Source of the DNA: Vermamoeba vermiformis
Taxonomy: Eukaryota
DNA length: 64,000 nucleotides
Direction of reading: 5' to 3'
NCBI GenBank assembly: GCA_045837725.1
Contig: JBEWZL010000198.1
Span: 1-64,000 of the forward strand
This document shows positions 9,157 through 21,080 of the stretch, piece by piece. Positions within the stretch are counted from its first letter, which is position 1. The number at the start of each line of letters is the position of its first letter. The notes beneath the pieces are model-generated. The model made no database searches. It saw only the letters and a program-made list of their open reading frames with translations, and was not told the origin of the DNA. Made by a program: the position numbers and the translations under genes.

Positions 9157-11109
9157 CTACTCCAGTATTGAGAGTGCAGACAGTCTTGGGTTGTCCATAA
9201 CTAGCAGGTTGAACTTGGCAGCAATCTTGGACTTGTCATTGTCCACCAAATACGTCCACAATGAATGCAGCAAGCTGGTTACTTCATTGCACGACAGCTT
9301 GCTCAGTACCATGAATTGCAGTGGCAGTGGTGGCAACAAGCCACTGTTTTGCAAACAAGCAACTAGGTCTCCAGTCACGTGCTCAAGCTTTCCTTGTTGG
9401 GAGGGGTTTGCATGCGATAGACTGTGCCACATGCCAGTCACTACAGCCACTGCGCTGTTGAGGAATTCTTTGCTGGAGGACGTCAAGCCTGGAAGGGCAG
9501 TTAGAACAGCAGTGAGGAGCTAAAAATGGCGTACCAGTTGATGCAAGTGCAGCAAGAACTATAAATAGACACGAGCGCTGCGTCAAGAGCTGAATCACGT
9601 GCTGGTCGTACTCAAACGGAGATTTCTTGGGCAAGCTCTCACGGTATTGGTCGGTTGAAGGGCGCGGCAGATGACTGGGTAGCACGTGACTGAAGAATTC
9701 AGCTTCCATCCACGAGTGCAAAGAGCCTAAAAATAGCTGTCAGCATCGAGTCCGCGGCATCTATCTGGTCAGTGCCTTACTATATTTAGTAATCAGTCCT
9801 ACGAGCAGTGCAGCACTCTGTTCATGAACGTTTTGAGCACCGGACATTAGCTCGGACATCAGCGAGCTAAAAATAGCTTTGACTTCAAATTCGGCCAATT
9901 CTCCGCTGAGTACAGCTGCCAATTGAGCTAAAAATAGCAGTCAGTTGCGAGCTGTGCGCGAGTTGGTCCCGTACCGTGTTTGACACGTGTCATGCGCTCA
10001 ACTGCAGGCACGTGATCGTTGTTCCGATCCTGCAGACCAAGTTGCTCAACCAGGGCCGCGAATTTGACACTTGACACGTGCTGGCACTCACTTGTCTCCG
10101 GAGTGACGATATCGATCACTTGCCTAAAATAGATTGCGTGAGTTCAGCTAAAAATAGCACTCATTGGAGTACCTCAGTGCCGCGTGTCCGTGGAGTTCAT
10201 CTACCAGGGTCAACACAGCAGTCACGTGCTCCAAGTCCGCTACGTTGTGTTGCAGCAGTGCTGTCACGTGATTGCTGACCAATGGCACGAGTTCTGCGCC
10301 CTCCACGGCCCTGGTCAGCAGCACGTGATGCACTGAGGCGCGGAATAATTCACAGGCGGGGTGATCACGTGATCGCTGTTGCCTAATTAGGGCACCGAGT
10401 GTGCAATACAGTGGCCAGTGCTCGCGAGTCCAGCACGTTATCAGACACGTGACTGCATGCTGTTCTAAAAATAGCTCGTACAACCACTGCACGGCACTGT
10501 CGAGTGGTGCGTCACGTGACAGAGCGATGAATTCATTGGCCATCTCTGCGGCGAGTGTTGTCATGGTCACGTGCTCATCGGATGAAATTTCTGCAATGAA
10601 ATACTGTCGCAGCAGTGGCCAGGTCTGCGCTGTGAGCACGTGATTCAGTGAATGCGGTGCCGTGCGGTACTGACGCAACAGACCAATCACGAGCAGTGCT
10701 GTCACGTGCTTGTACTGTACCACTCTTTCCAAATTAGGCAATGATTGCGCGAGTTTGCTTTGCACCAATGCACGGCACTGGGTGGCAAATGGCACGTGAC
10801 GCCAGTGCGCGCGACAGAGGTCTTCGAGTGCGGCTAAATATAGCTCGTGGCTGTCAGACCACGCGCGCTCGATCAGCAGTGGCAGCAGTGCAGTCACGTG
10901 ATAGGCAGTCACCGTCACCAGCAGTGCGCGGTGGTGTTGTTGCGCAGCGAGCAGTGCGAACAGTTGCGCGAGGTGCGAGGGAGAGCAGTGGCAGCAGTAG
11001 TGTGGTCGTGTTCAGCGAGCAGTGCACTCACGAGCAGCACGGTGCGGTACTGCGCGGCTGTGGGGGGCACCTGGGGGGACTGGGCGGCTGTGGTCTCCTG
11101 GATGTGCAT
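9157..11109 (-). CDS. Unrecognised Leu-rich, probably alpha-helical protein; 5' end uncertain (further exons possible up to ~11.7 kb)
   Basis: ORF fragments 10148-10918, 9928-10119, 9383-9721 and 9157-9486 join in frame through ~45-55-nt GT-AG introns. There is an apparent frameshift near 10.98 kb. Confidence 0.6.
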
Positions 11110-11827
11110 TAGTGGGGGAGGAAATAGCGCAGTATTTGTAACGATATATTTATAGGTAAATTATTGATCGTCTCATCTGAATGCTCGCAGTGCATACCTG
11201 CAAGATGCGCATCAGCTCTTGCGGGGACAGCGCGGTCAAATCAGCGGGTACCTCCATACCCTGCGTACTCTGCATACAAGTGGTGCTTATATAACTTGTA
11301 TTATCAGTGTTATATTACTGTATTATCAGTGTTTGTTGTTGCGTCGTGTGGTGTTTAAGAAAAATAAGTCTGTGGAGAGAAAAAGGTATATAAAAATTTT
11401 TTTTTTTTTTTTAATTTTTTTTTTTTTTTTTTTTTTCTTTTTTGTTTTTTTTTTTTTTTTTTTTTTTTTTTTGATTGCTCGACGAACACGAATGGCCAAT
11501 CTTTCAATAGACACGAGCATTAGTAGCACGAAGAGCAATAATCATCAACACTAGTAGCAACACGTTATTATTGCAACACTTCAGTTGAGCAGCTAGTGCA
11601 AAGAGCAGTGAGAATACAACCAGATCTCGGCGTTAAGCAATCGGTACGTGCACTGACAGGGGATCAAAACAGCGATTGTTAGTGAACAAAAAATATGCGT
11701 AATTTATCTGCTACTATTATCTCCAATAACACTCGATCGATAGTGTTAGATCCACAGTTCTGGGAAATTCATTCGTTTGCGCAGATCCACTTACAGTACT
11801 ACTTGAGCAGGTCATGGCCCAAGAAGC

Positions 11828-14800
11828 ATGTCCACCAATACAAATACACCCCTGTTCAGCATGAGAATATTCTCTATCGAATGGACGATGGAGAGACCAG
11901 TGCCGGGACTAGATGTGACCTGGTCCAAGTTCAGCTCCTCGCCCTGTCGTCAAGTGCCAGTGCTGCACGTGTTCGGCACCACACCGCGCGGACAGAAGAC
12001 ATGCGCGCACATCCACAACGCCTTTCCTTATTTGTTCGTGTCCGTGCCCACCAGTGTCACGTGGAGTTCAGCCCTGGTCAACAACCCGCAAGCGAGCAAT
12101 GTCTATTTGCGGCAACTGCAAGTGTCGATCGATCGCGCGATGGCACTCTCCAAGCAACAGCAGACTGCACCGCCACAGCCAGGCACCACATCCGCACCGC
12201 GCGCAGCAGTGAGCGAGTCCGTCATCTACAGCGCACTGCTGGTACGCGGCAAACAGTTCTACGGCTTCACTCCGCACGAGCAGCTGTTCATCAAGCTGTT
12301 TCTGTACAATCCCATGGAGCTCAATCGCCTCGTGCTGCTGCTCCGCTCCGGTGCCATCATGCAGACGCATTTTCTTGAGGCACATATTTTTTTTTTTTTT
12401 TTTTACAATTTTTTTTTTTGGCCCCCCCCCCCCGCTAAATTTAGATCGCTGCCGGACACGCGTCATGTGCAGTGGAATGAGAGCGAGCTGACCTATCAGG
12501 TGCCACTCATCGACCAGGGCCCGACCAGCGGAAATATCGCGCGAGGTCTGTCGATGCGAGTGTGGACCAGCGAGCACGTGACTGACAACGAGCACGTGAT
12601 CTCGCCTGCCAGCAGACTCGCGCGCTGTGAACTCGAACTAGACGTGGATGTGGACGAGATTGTGAACCGTCAGTCACGTGATCAGAGCTCCGATCACACG
12701 AGCAGCGAGTCACGTGCCAGCAGCGATCAGAAGATCATTCAGTCGCTGACCTATATTTGGGAAGAAGAGCGGCGGCGTGGTGTGAAGCAAGAGGAAGTGT
12801 CTCCAGGGCTCGACCAGGGCACTGACTCTCACCCTGCGTCACGTGGTGTGGCCGTGGACATGGCGGCGAGTAATTCCGCACACTCGTCGACCTCCCCCGC
12901 GGGATTTCATCACGTGATTCGCGATCAGATCCGCGCCCTGATTGAGAGTGAGCGCGCGTGGCTGAGCGAGCACGGCGAAGACAACTTGTTTGCGAGCTCA
13001 CAGGCCCACCACAGCACTCCTCCTGCCTCGACCAGGGCTCGGGGGAGCGATGAGGGCGTGGAGCAGGGCGTGAGTGAGATCGAGGCCCTGATCGATGAAC
13101 AGCTGGTGCTGTCACAGAGCAGCGACAAGGAGGTGAATGACATCTTGAACTGGATGCTGGACGACGAGCTCGAGGACGAGGAGGGCGAGGAGGGGCCACG
13201 ATTGCGCGAGGAGGACGAGCTCGAGGATGAGGACCGCGATAAAGAGCACGTGATCGATGATGACACCTGTCAAGTGGAGGCTGGCGACATTATTGCCTCG
13301 CAACAGATTCTGCACCGCGACGAGCCTGAAGTATCACGTGACAGCTCTGAAGGTGTCAAGCACGTGACTGAATGCGAGCCAAGCACGTGATGGTGTCATG
13401 AATCTCGAGCAGGAGATTGAAACAACTAGGGCACAATCACGTGATAAAGCGGACGCATCTCCAATGATGGCACCAATTGACACGACCAATCACGTGACAG
13501 CAGTGCCGGTCCAGTCCAGTGATGTGTCAATGGCTGACATTCGAGCAACGTGCCAGACTTGGTTCATGAAAACAAGCAAATTTCATTGCCTTCACGCGAT
13601 GTCGTTGTGCACTCAGACGTACCAGCCCTGGCAGAAGTGTCAAAAGTGACAGGTGTCGAAGTGAAGTCTCGACAAGTGCAGTTCAACAGCACCGTGACAG
13701 TGTACAACTACCCACGTGCACAATCACGTGACATTGTCGTGCTCGACACACCACCGCCCTCCCCGACCAAGCCCAGCACTCTTCTGACCAATCACGTGCG
13801 ACCAATCAGTGCCACTGAGTGCGAGGTCAGTGAACCACCCAAGAAGAAGTTAAAAATAGACCATCACGTCCCAGAACTAGCCCCGTCACGTGACCAGAGT
13901 GTGGTGTCGAGCCAAGCCCTGGACAAACTCGAGCACGTGATCTCGCAGAGTGACGTCAAGCTCAAAATTAGCTCGCTCCAAATGTGGTCACCGCTGTCAT
14001 CGACCAGACCACGTGCCTCGCAAGTGTCAAACCCTGCTCTCAAAGAAGTGTCGCGTGACATTACGCCACCTGTCAAAGAGCCCTCACCCCTCCCTGTCAA
14101 GTCCCTCGAGGTGCCACCAGATTCAGTGAACGTGTCGATGGAGAGTCTCTCGCCTGAACTCATCTCTGGGCACGTGACTTCGCAGCACTGGACACTCACC
14201 TATCACGTGCCACCACCCACCACACGTGACCTGGTGACAGCAGCCATCAACCAGGGCCAGCCTGCAATGCACTACATCGATCAGACACGTGATCAGGTGG
14301 CACCTGTCACTGCATTCCCAACGCGTACTGCGGCACTCGTGTTGAACAGCGTGACGAGCGTGCCACGTGACAGCTACTGTCTCACACCCGTACAATTGCC
14401 ACCGACTCCAGCAGCGCTGATAGCCAAATATAGTAAAGTGGCAGACATCGAAGATTTCGGTCAGAAATCACGTGCGGTGCCAGCTGTCACTTGCGACAAC
14501 ATCAAACAAGCCTCGCAGGTAAGTGTCACACAGGCTATTTTTAGCACCACGCACTCATCTTTGCAGATTGAACACGTGACACCCAGCAATCAGTACGCGT
14601 ATCTGATGAGCCAGGAATATCGACCAATCAAAAGCGAGCGCGCACGTGATCCTGGTGGCACTGATCTCCTGTCGCAGATGAGCATTGAAATTCACGGTGA
14701 GTACGCCGTTCACTGAATGAACTCGCAGCTGACCTCGCCGTTCAGTGAACACACGGCGCGAACTGACACCCAATCCGCAACACGACATGGTGCGCGTGAT

Positions 14801-17448
14801 CGTGTACAGCGTGCGCGATGACGTCATCGTGAGTGCACTCGACCAGGGCCTGAACAGGTACGTCACGTGCTGGCTCCGTGTCTGGTACTAATTAGGTATG
14901 TCAGTGCACCGTACACTGATCACGTGGGGGTGATAGTGTGCGACGAACACAGTCACGTGCTCAACCAGGGCAGCATTGGGCGCTATTGTCACGTGCAAGT
15001 CGTGAAGACTGAGCGCGAGCTGTTTGAGCTATTTATAGCCACCGTCAAGCAGGTACGCATCACATGATAGGCAGAATTGCCTAATTTAGTAATATCTTGC
15101 CAGTACGATCCAGACTTCCTGCTGGGCTATGAACTGCAAGCGAGTTCATTGGGCTATTTGATTGAGCGCGCACAAGCTTTGCAGATCGATCTCGTCGAGG
15201 AGATTGCACGCCTGCCGAGGGGATACCAAGCGAGAGCTAAAAATAGCACTGACACCAGTGCAGCCAAGTGGGAGCGAGCCCATGGCACTGGCATCCACGT
15301 GACTGGAAGAATTGTGCTCAATGTCTGGCGAATTCTCCGCAGTGAATTGCCACTTGCCAAATCGAGCTATGACCACGTGACCTATCACGTGCTGCATCAG
15401 CGCGTGCCGTGGTATGATTGGTCAGTGCTGACACGGTGGTGGTCGCAGAGTGCCACACGATGGCGCGTGATTGAGCACGTGACTGGACTGGCAGTGCGGA
15501 ATATCTTGCTGCTCGATGCGCTCAATGTGATTGGTCGCTGTTGCGAACTCGCGCGACTGTACGGCATTGAACTGCAAGCGGTGCTGTCACGTGGCTCGCA
15601 GTACCGTGTGGAGGCGATGATATTGCGCGCATGCAAGTCACGTGACTATTTGCTGTACTCGCCCTCGCGACAGCAAGTAGCGCAACAAGCCGCGCCCGAA
15701 GCACTGCCGCTGGTGCTCGAACCGCGCTCAGGGTACTATCCCGACCCCGTGCTGGTGCTCGACTTCCAATCGCTGTACCCGTCCATCATGATCGCGTACA
15801 ACTACTGCTACTCGACCTGCTTGGGACGCGTGGCACCTGGCACTGGGCCACTCAATCTCAAACCATTCGGCTGTCATCAACTCGCACTGCCACGTGGCAT
15901 GTTGGAATATCTTGAGCACTATCTCACAGTATCGCCAAATCGGGTAATGTACGTCAAGCGCGATGTCCAAATTGGGATATTGCCACGACTGCTCAGCGAA
16001 CTCTTGGAGACACGTGTCATGGTGAAGCAGTCGATGAAGCAGTTCAAGCACGACAAGTCTATTTTTAGAATGCTTGACGCGCGACAGCTGGGCTTGAAGA
16101 TGTTGGCGAATGTCACTTACGGCTACACCGCTGCTAACTTCAGTGGCCGCATGCCACTCATCGAACTCGCTGACAGCATTGTGCAGACAGCACGCGAGAC
16201 CCTGGAAGCCGCGATCAGACACGTGGAGAGCGTCAAAGAGTGGGGAGCACGTGTCATTTATGGTGACACGGACAGTCTCTTCGTGCTGCTCAAAGGTGCG
16301 TCACGTGAGCGCGCATTTGAGATTGGACAGCAGATTGCAGACCAAGTGACACGTGCCAATCCCTATCCCGTCAAGCTGCAGTTCGAGAAGCTCTATCACC
16401 CGTGCATCTTAGCGGCCAAGAAGCGCTACGTGGGCTTCAAGTACGAGAACAAAGATCAAGTCGAGCCCGTGTGGGAGGCCAAGGGCATTGAGACTGTGCG
16501 ACGCGACAGCTGTCCTGCCGTGCAGAAGATTGTGCAGAAGTGTCTCAGGTACGGCGCTGTATGTAGCCACAGCCCTTCACTAACACGCGCACAGTCTGTT
16601 GTTCCAGGGCTCAGGCAGTGGCGCAGATTCGCGAGTACTGTGAGCGCCAGTTCAGCAAGATCATGCAGGGACGCGTCAACATTCGCGACTTTGTGCTGTG
16701 CAAAGAGGTGCGCATTGGCTCGTACCGACTCAAGAAGACTGGCAAGCTGCCCAAAGATGTGCCCTCCGCCTCACTGCCCCCTGCAGCTATTGTCAGCTAC
16801 AAGGCTATTGCGCGCGATCCTCGTGCTGAACCGCGGTACGGTGAGCGCGTGCCGTACGTGGTGTGTGCGGGGCCTCAAGCAGCACCGCTCCGTGATCTGG
16901 TGCACCACCCGCTGCAGTTCTTCCGTCACAACAAGAGTCACAACAATCAGCTGCACTTGCACGCAGTGTACTACATCACCAAGCTGATTATCCCCGCATT
17001 GGAACGACTCTTGGGCCTCACTGGACTCGATGTGCGGCAGTGGTGGAATTCCATGCCCAAACAGTTCCGCACTCTCAAGCAGTCGCAGGTGTTTGACCCC
17101 AAGGCGCAGAAGACGACGATCGATCACTTCTTTCGCAGTCAACACTGTCCCGTGTGCGATGAACTCACCGTGAAGGGCTTCTGCGACAAGTGCACTGAGA
17201 ACAAGCAGTCCACGGCCTTCATCATGTTGACTCGTGCGCGAAGATTGCAACAACAGCATTTGCAGCTGCAAGAACTGTGCATGCACTGCACTGGCTGCAA
17301 AGATCCGAGTGTGTTGTGCGAGTCGTTGGATTGTCCGATCTACTTTGAACGGATTCGCAATGACATGCAGCTCAAAGTGGTGCAGAACTATCAACAGATC
17401 ATCGTCAAGTGGGACGATACCAAAAAGAACAGTAACAATAACAAATAA
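11828..17448 (+). CDS. REV3: DNA polymerase zeta catalytic subunit
   Basis: N-terminal VPVLHVFGTTPRGQKTCAHIHNAFPYLFV and FYGF. PolB motifs VLDFQSLYPSIMIAYNYCYST, KMLANVTYGYTAANFSGRMP, YGDTDSLFV. C-terminal CPVC/CDKC and CMHC...CESLDCPIYF. Garbled segment at ~12.4 kb and frameshifts at ~13.38 and ~13.55 kb are probably sequence errors. Confidence 0.95.
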
Positions 17449-17598
17449 CAATAGTATGTATAAGGTGTAAATAACGTTGTAAATAAACAGATCTGAAGTG
17501 ATTGTACAATGGTTGGTTTATTATTGACAGTATCACGCTGCTTCGCTTAGGAAGCAAGGTGATTGAGGGGTGTATTTAGGGCGGTACAAAGTGCTTGT

Positions 17599-20500
17599 TT
17601 AGATGCGCAAAATGCTCTTGATGACTTGTTGCAAAGCAGGGGGCAATTTGTTTGCGAGCTCAGTCATTTGACCGACAAAGTACTGCTGCGCATTCACTTC
17701 AGTCAACAACGAGATTTGTGGCTTGGGACTGAAGGCGAGTTGCGAGAAGGAGCTGAAGCCGCTTTGAGCCTCCTCATTGTCAGTGTAGAGTTGATCCAGA
17801 TCCGTAGCCTCGAATGTCTCAGGCTGTTGTGAGATGAGCTTCGCAGTCACTTCAACGAGGGCAGCACTGCATGGAGAGTTAGTTATCAATATCGGAGGTC
17901 AGATCTAGGTCCTTACAAGTGCTTGACGTAGGGCTCAGCGTACAAGGGAGTCCATTCAGCCATCAACTTGGTGCTGCCAATCGCGCAGATGCGGCGATGA
18001 TCTTCATCCGAGACGGTTGTGATGTGTGGCAGCCAGACACTCTGCAGCAGATTGACGAAGATGCCAGGCTGCACGGCATCGAGTTGTTGCATGAGCGCTG
18101 CGCTGCCGTGCTTGCAGATGTACACGTTGAAGAAGTAGAGCAAGAACTCCACGAACTTGGCTGTCTTAGAGCTCTGCAAGCGCGTGAACAAGATGCGGAA
18201 CACTTCCGACATGTAGGGCGCGAAGTTGGCGGGGTTCATGTAGAGCACGATGGACTCGAGCAAGTTGAAGCCAAAGCCGTCGTTCTGCTTGGAGGCAACG
18301 AGCTTCTGGAACACACCGAGTGAGGCGAGCAGGAACTTGTTGTTGTCTGCCGTGAACAGCTGCGAGTTGAAGCGCAATAGCTGAGAAATGACACGTGTCA
18401 AACCGGGGATGTTACCACGTCGTTCCCAGAGAGTGGGTGAGACCAACACGGGCAGCAATTGTGCGTATTCAGCGCGCAGGGTGTGAGGAGGGGTGTAGCG
18501 CTCCAACAGCACGGAGAGCACTTGGAATTCATAGGGCTGCAAGTCTTGCAAGTCATTCTCGAGCACAAAGCGGAACATGGGAAAGAGCTTCTCTTCAACG
18601 CGAGCAAAGGCCGCAGGATCACTCTTGGAGAGCGAGACAGCGAGTAGCACAATGGACTCGTGCAAGAAGTGAATGAAGAGCGGATTGGTAGGGTTCTTGA
18701 AGATCTCCGCGAGCTTGTTGAGCAGCTGCTCCATCAGTGTCCAGCCGAGGGGCTTGATGGCACTCTGTTCAGGGCTCGACAATGCAGCGGACATGCGCCA
18801 CGTCAAGCGCATAATAGCTGTAGTACAAATGTGATTAGTCCGTGGGCACAACCGATATTGCTGAGTTACGTACTGCGCATAATGTAGTGATTCTCCTTGT
18901 CTTCTTTGTTGCCCATTGCAAGCACAGCAAACAGGGACTGATAGAGTTGTCCGAGGCCAGGCAACAAATGAGCTTCAGTCAGTCTGTAGATAGGACCCTC
19001 CTTCACGGTCAGCAAGCGATCAATGCACATGGCAGCGTACGAGTGCACGACAAAGTTGGGTGCAGCGAGCCATCGAATCAAGAGCGGCAAGAGCTCCAGT
19101 GTCTTCTCAGCATTGAACATCTGTCTGAAGGTGAGGCAGAACTTGATGCAGTCCGCGACAATCACGAGTGAGCTGTGCGTTTGACTTTGCAGCTCGGGCA
19201 AGATGTAGTGCTGATACAAGTCTGCAATGGGAATGTATTTGTTCACACTGGTGGCACCCTTCTCCGCAGTGCTGGTCGTCACTGAGAGCGCCAACAGCAA
19301 TGCAATGCTCGTGTCTTTCAGCTTCCAGAGGGCCTTGTTGTTGGTGTACTCGGTCAACATTTGCTGCAATTGTGCGCCGTAGAGCTGTGTCACCACGTCC
19401 TCGGAGTAGCGGCGCAGACCACGCACCAAGTCGCAAGCAGCGCGACGACGACTGTCCACGTCACTGCCCTCGGTGTCCATGCGAATGTATTCGAGTCCTT
19501 CGTCTTCAAACATCTCCTCTTCATTGTCGCGGAGCTGCAGATTGGGCAAGATGATCTGAGTGCAGATCTGTTCGAGAGTAGTGCGCTCCTTCAACAAGGT
19601 GTGTTGCGTGGTGCTCGATACGGCCGTCAAGAAGCGAATGGCCGTGGTTGCCAAGACATCGTAGGCAGGCTCGTTCTTGATGGAGCCCAACACAGCCCAC
19701 GCGTCCTTGACAAACAGCTTGACGTACTCTTCCGTCTCTTCGTCGTACTTCTCCGTGTAGAGCTTGACCGTGTCGAAGATGACGGCTTTGATCTTGGTCA
19801 ACAGTCCCGGGGAGTCTTCGTCCTTGCCGTCGAGCAGTGCGCTGTGCTTCGTGTTGTAGTTGAGCAAGGCAGTGAACTGTTTCATCCACTCGCCCAAGTT
19901 GTTTTCAAAGTGTTCGGGCAGATCCACGGAACTGAGCGACAAGAAGATCTCGATCATCAACTTCTCAGCCGTGAACAACATCTTCAGTGCTTGTTCGTTG
20001 GTGGCTTGGGCCTCGATTTGCTTGCTAACAAACTACAGCACGTTAATGCAAGTCCTACAGCGACACTATGATCTTACCTTGAAGAACTCGAGGTGAATGT
20101 CTTGGAAGTTCTCGAGTATGTATTTCAGTTCGGTCAGTACGCGATTGGACTCGAACTCTGAGCGGTATTTCTTCATCACCATGTTCAGTGTCTTCAAGGC
20201 ACCAATTACTAGGGAGAAGTCTTGTGATTGGAGCTTGCTGGCCAGACCCTTATAAAACAAAGGGCATTACAACCAACACATCCGCGGACATGTCACAATC
20301 AAAACAGACTTACCGGCAATAAAGCGGGCCACTTAAGAGGGAATTCTACGTCTGCGATCACTTTAATTGTTTCTTTAAGCAATTTTTGGGTCTCAGGAAC
20401 CTTGAGCATCAAATCCACAATTATTGTCTTGACTTGCTCTTTCTCTTGCTCGTTAATGGTCACATCCTCCTAAATTAATGTAATAAATATTAGTATGACA

Positions 20501-20882
20501 TCAAAATCAATTAGGACAAGACACGTACCGACTGCCACTTTTTAAAAAAGTTTTTAACATAGATCGCAGCTCCTTGACGTGCAGCAACACTGAAAGTGGT
20601 TGTTTCAATCAATTTAAGCAGGGCCAAGACAAAGTTGGGCTGCTTGGAGGCTACGGCTAGGTATTCCTCAGCTAAAATTAAAAAATATTAAATTAATATC
20701 AAAGATGAGCAAATCTAGTGATTGACAATGCACAAAACGCGTTTGCAAATTTCAATAGCTTTTCAATGTAATTAATTGCATAGTTAGTCCGTGGAAGAGT
20801 TCTTACAAGCAGATCTGTCGGCTTTGTGAGGAGAGATGGTGTTCTCCATGCACTTCGCAAGAGCTTGCAGTTGATCAGCCAT
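17599..20882 (-). CDS. CSE1: Exportin-2 / CSE1 (importin-alpha export receptor)
   Basis: DLPEHFENN, EEEMFEDEGLEYIRMDTEGSDVDSRRRAACDLVRGL, VVHSYAA, ENHYIM, NPTNPLFIHFLHES, LWERRGNIPGL, LGVFQKLVASKQND. Multi-exon, start MADQLQALA. Confidence 0.93.
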
Positions 20883-21080
20883 GGCTCCAAATCGCGGTAG
20901 ATGTGTTGTTGTCGCTGAGAGGAATGAAGAGACTGGAATGCAGGACCGTTTCTTTTTGCACAATTCAAAACTTCGACTCATTCGCTGTAAAAAAAACGCG
21001 GGAATACTCGCCTCTTTTTCTGCCCTGGTTGAAACGATCTGGATCTAGACTGACTATTCAACAAAGCACCACATGTCCTT

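Noticed and set aside
11396-11472. Long poly-T tract giving poly-Phe and poly-Lys ORFs
   Set aside because: Low-complexity run in a locally error-prone region; more likely a consensus artefact or simple repeat than a gene or terminator.
12372-12434. Poly-T/poly-C segment inside REV3 (FFFFFYNFFFWPPPP)
   Set aside because: It replaces a normally conserved REV3 stretch after E.HI and looks like a base-calling error; raw reads would settle it.
13375-13555. Two frameshifts in the REV3 linker (programmed frameshifting or pseudogene?)
   Set aside because: No slippery site or intron signals seen; catalytic motifs are intact and nearby sequence is visibly error-prone.
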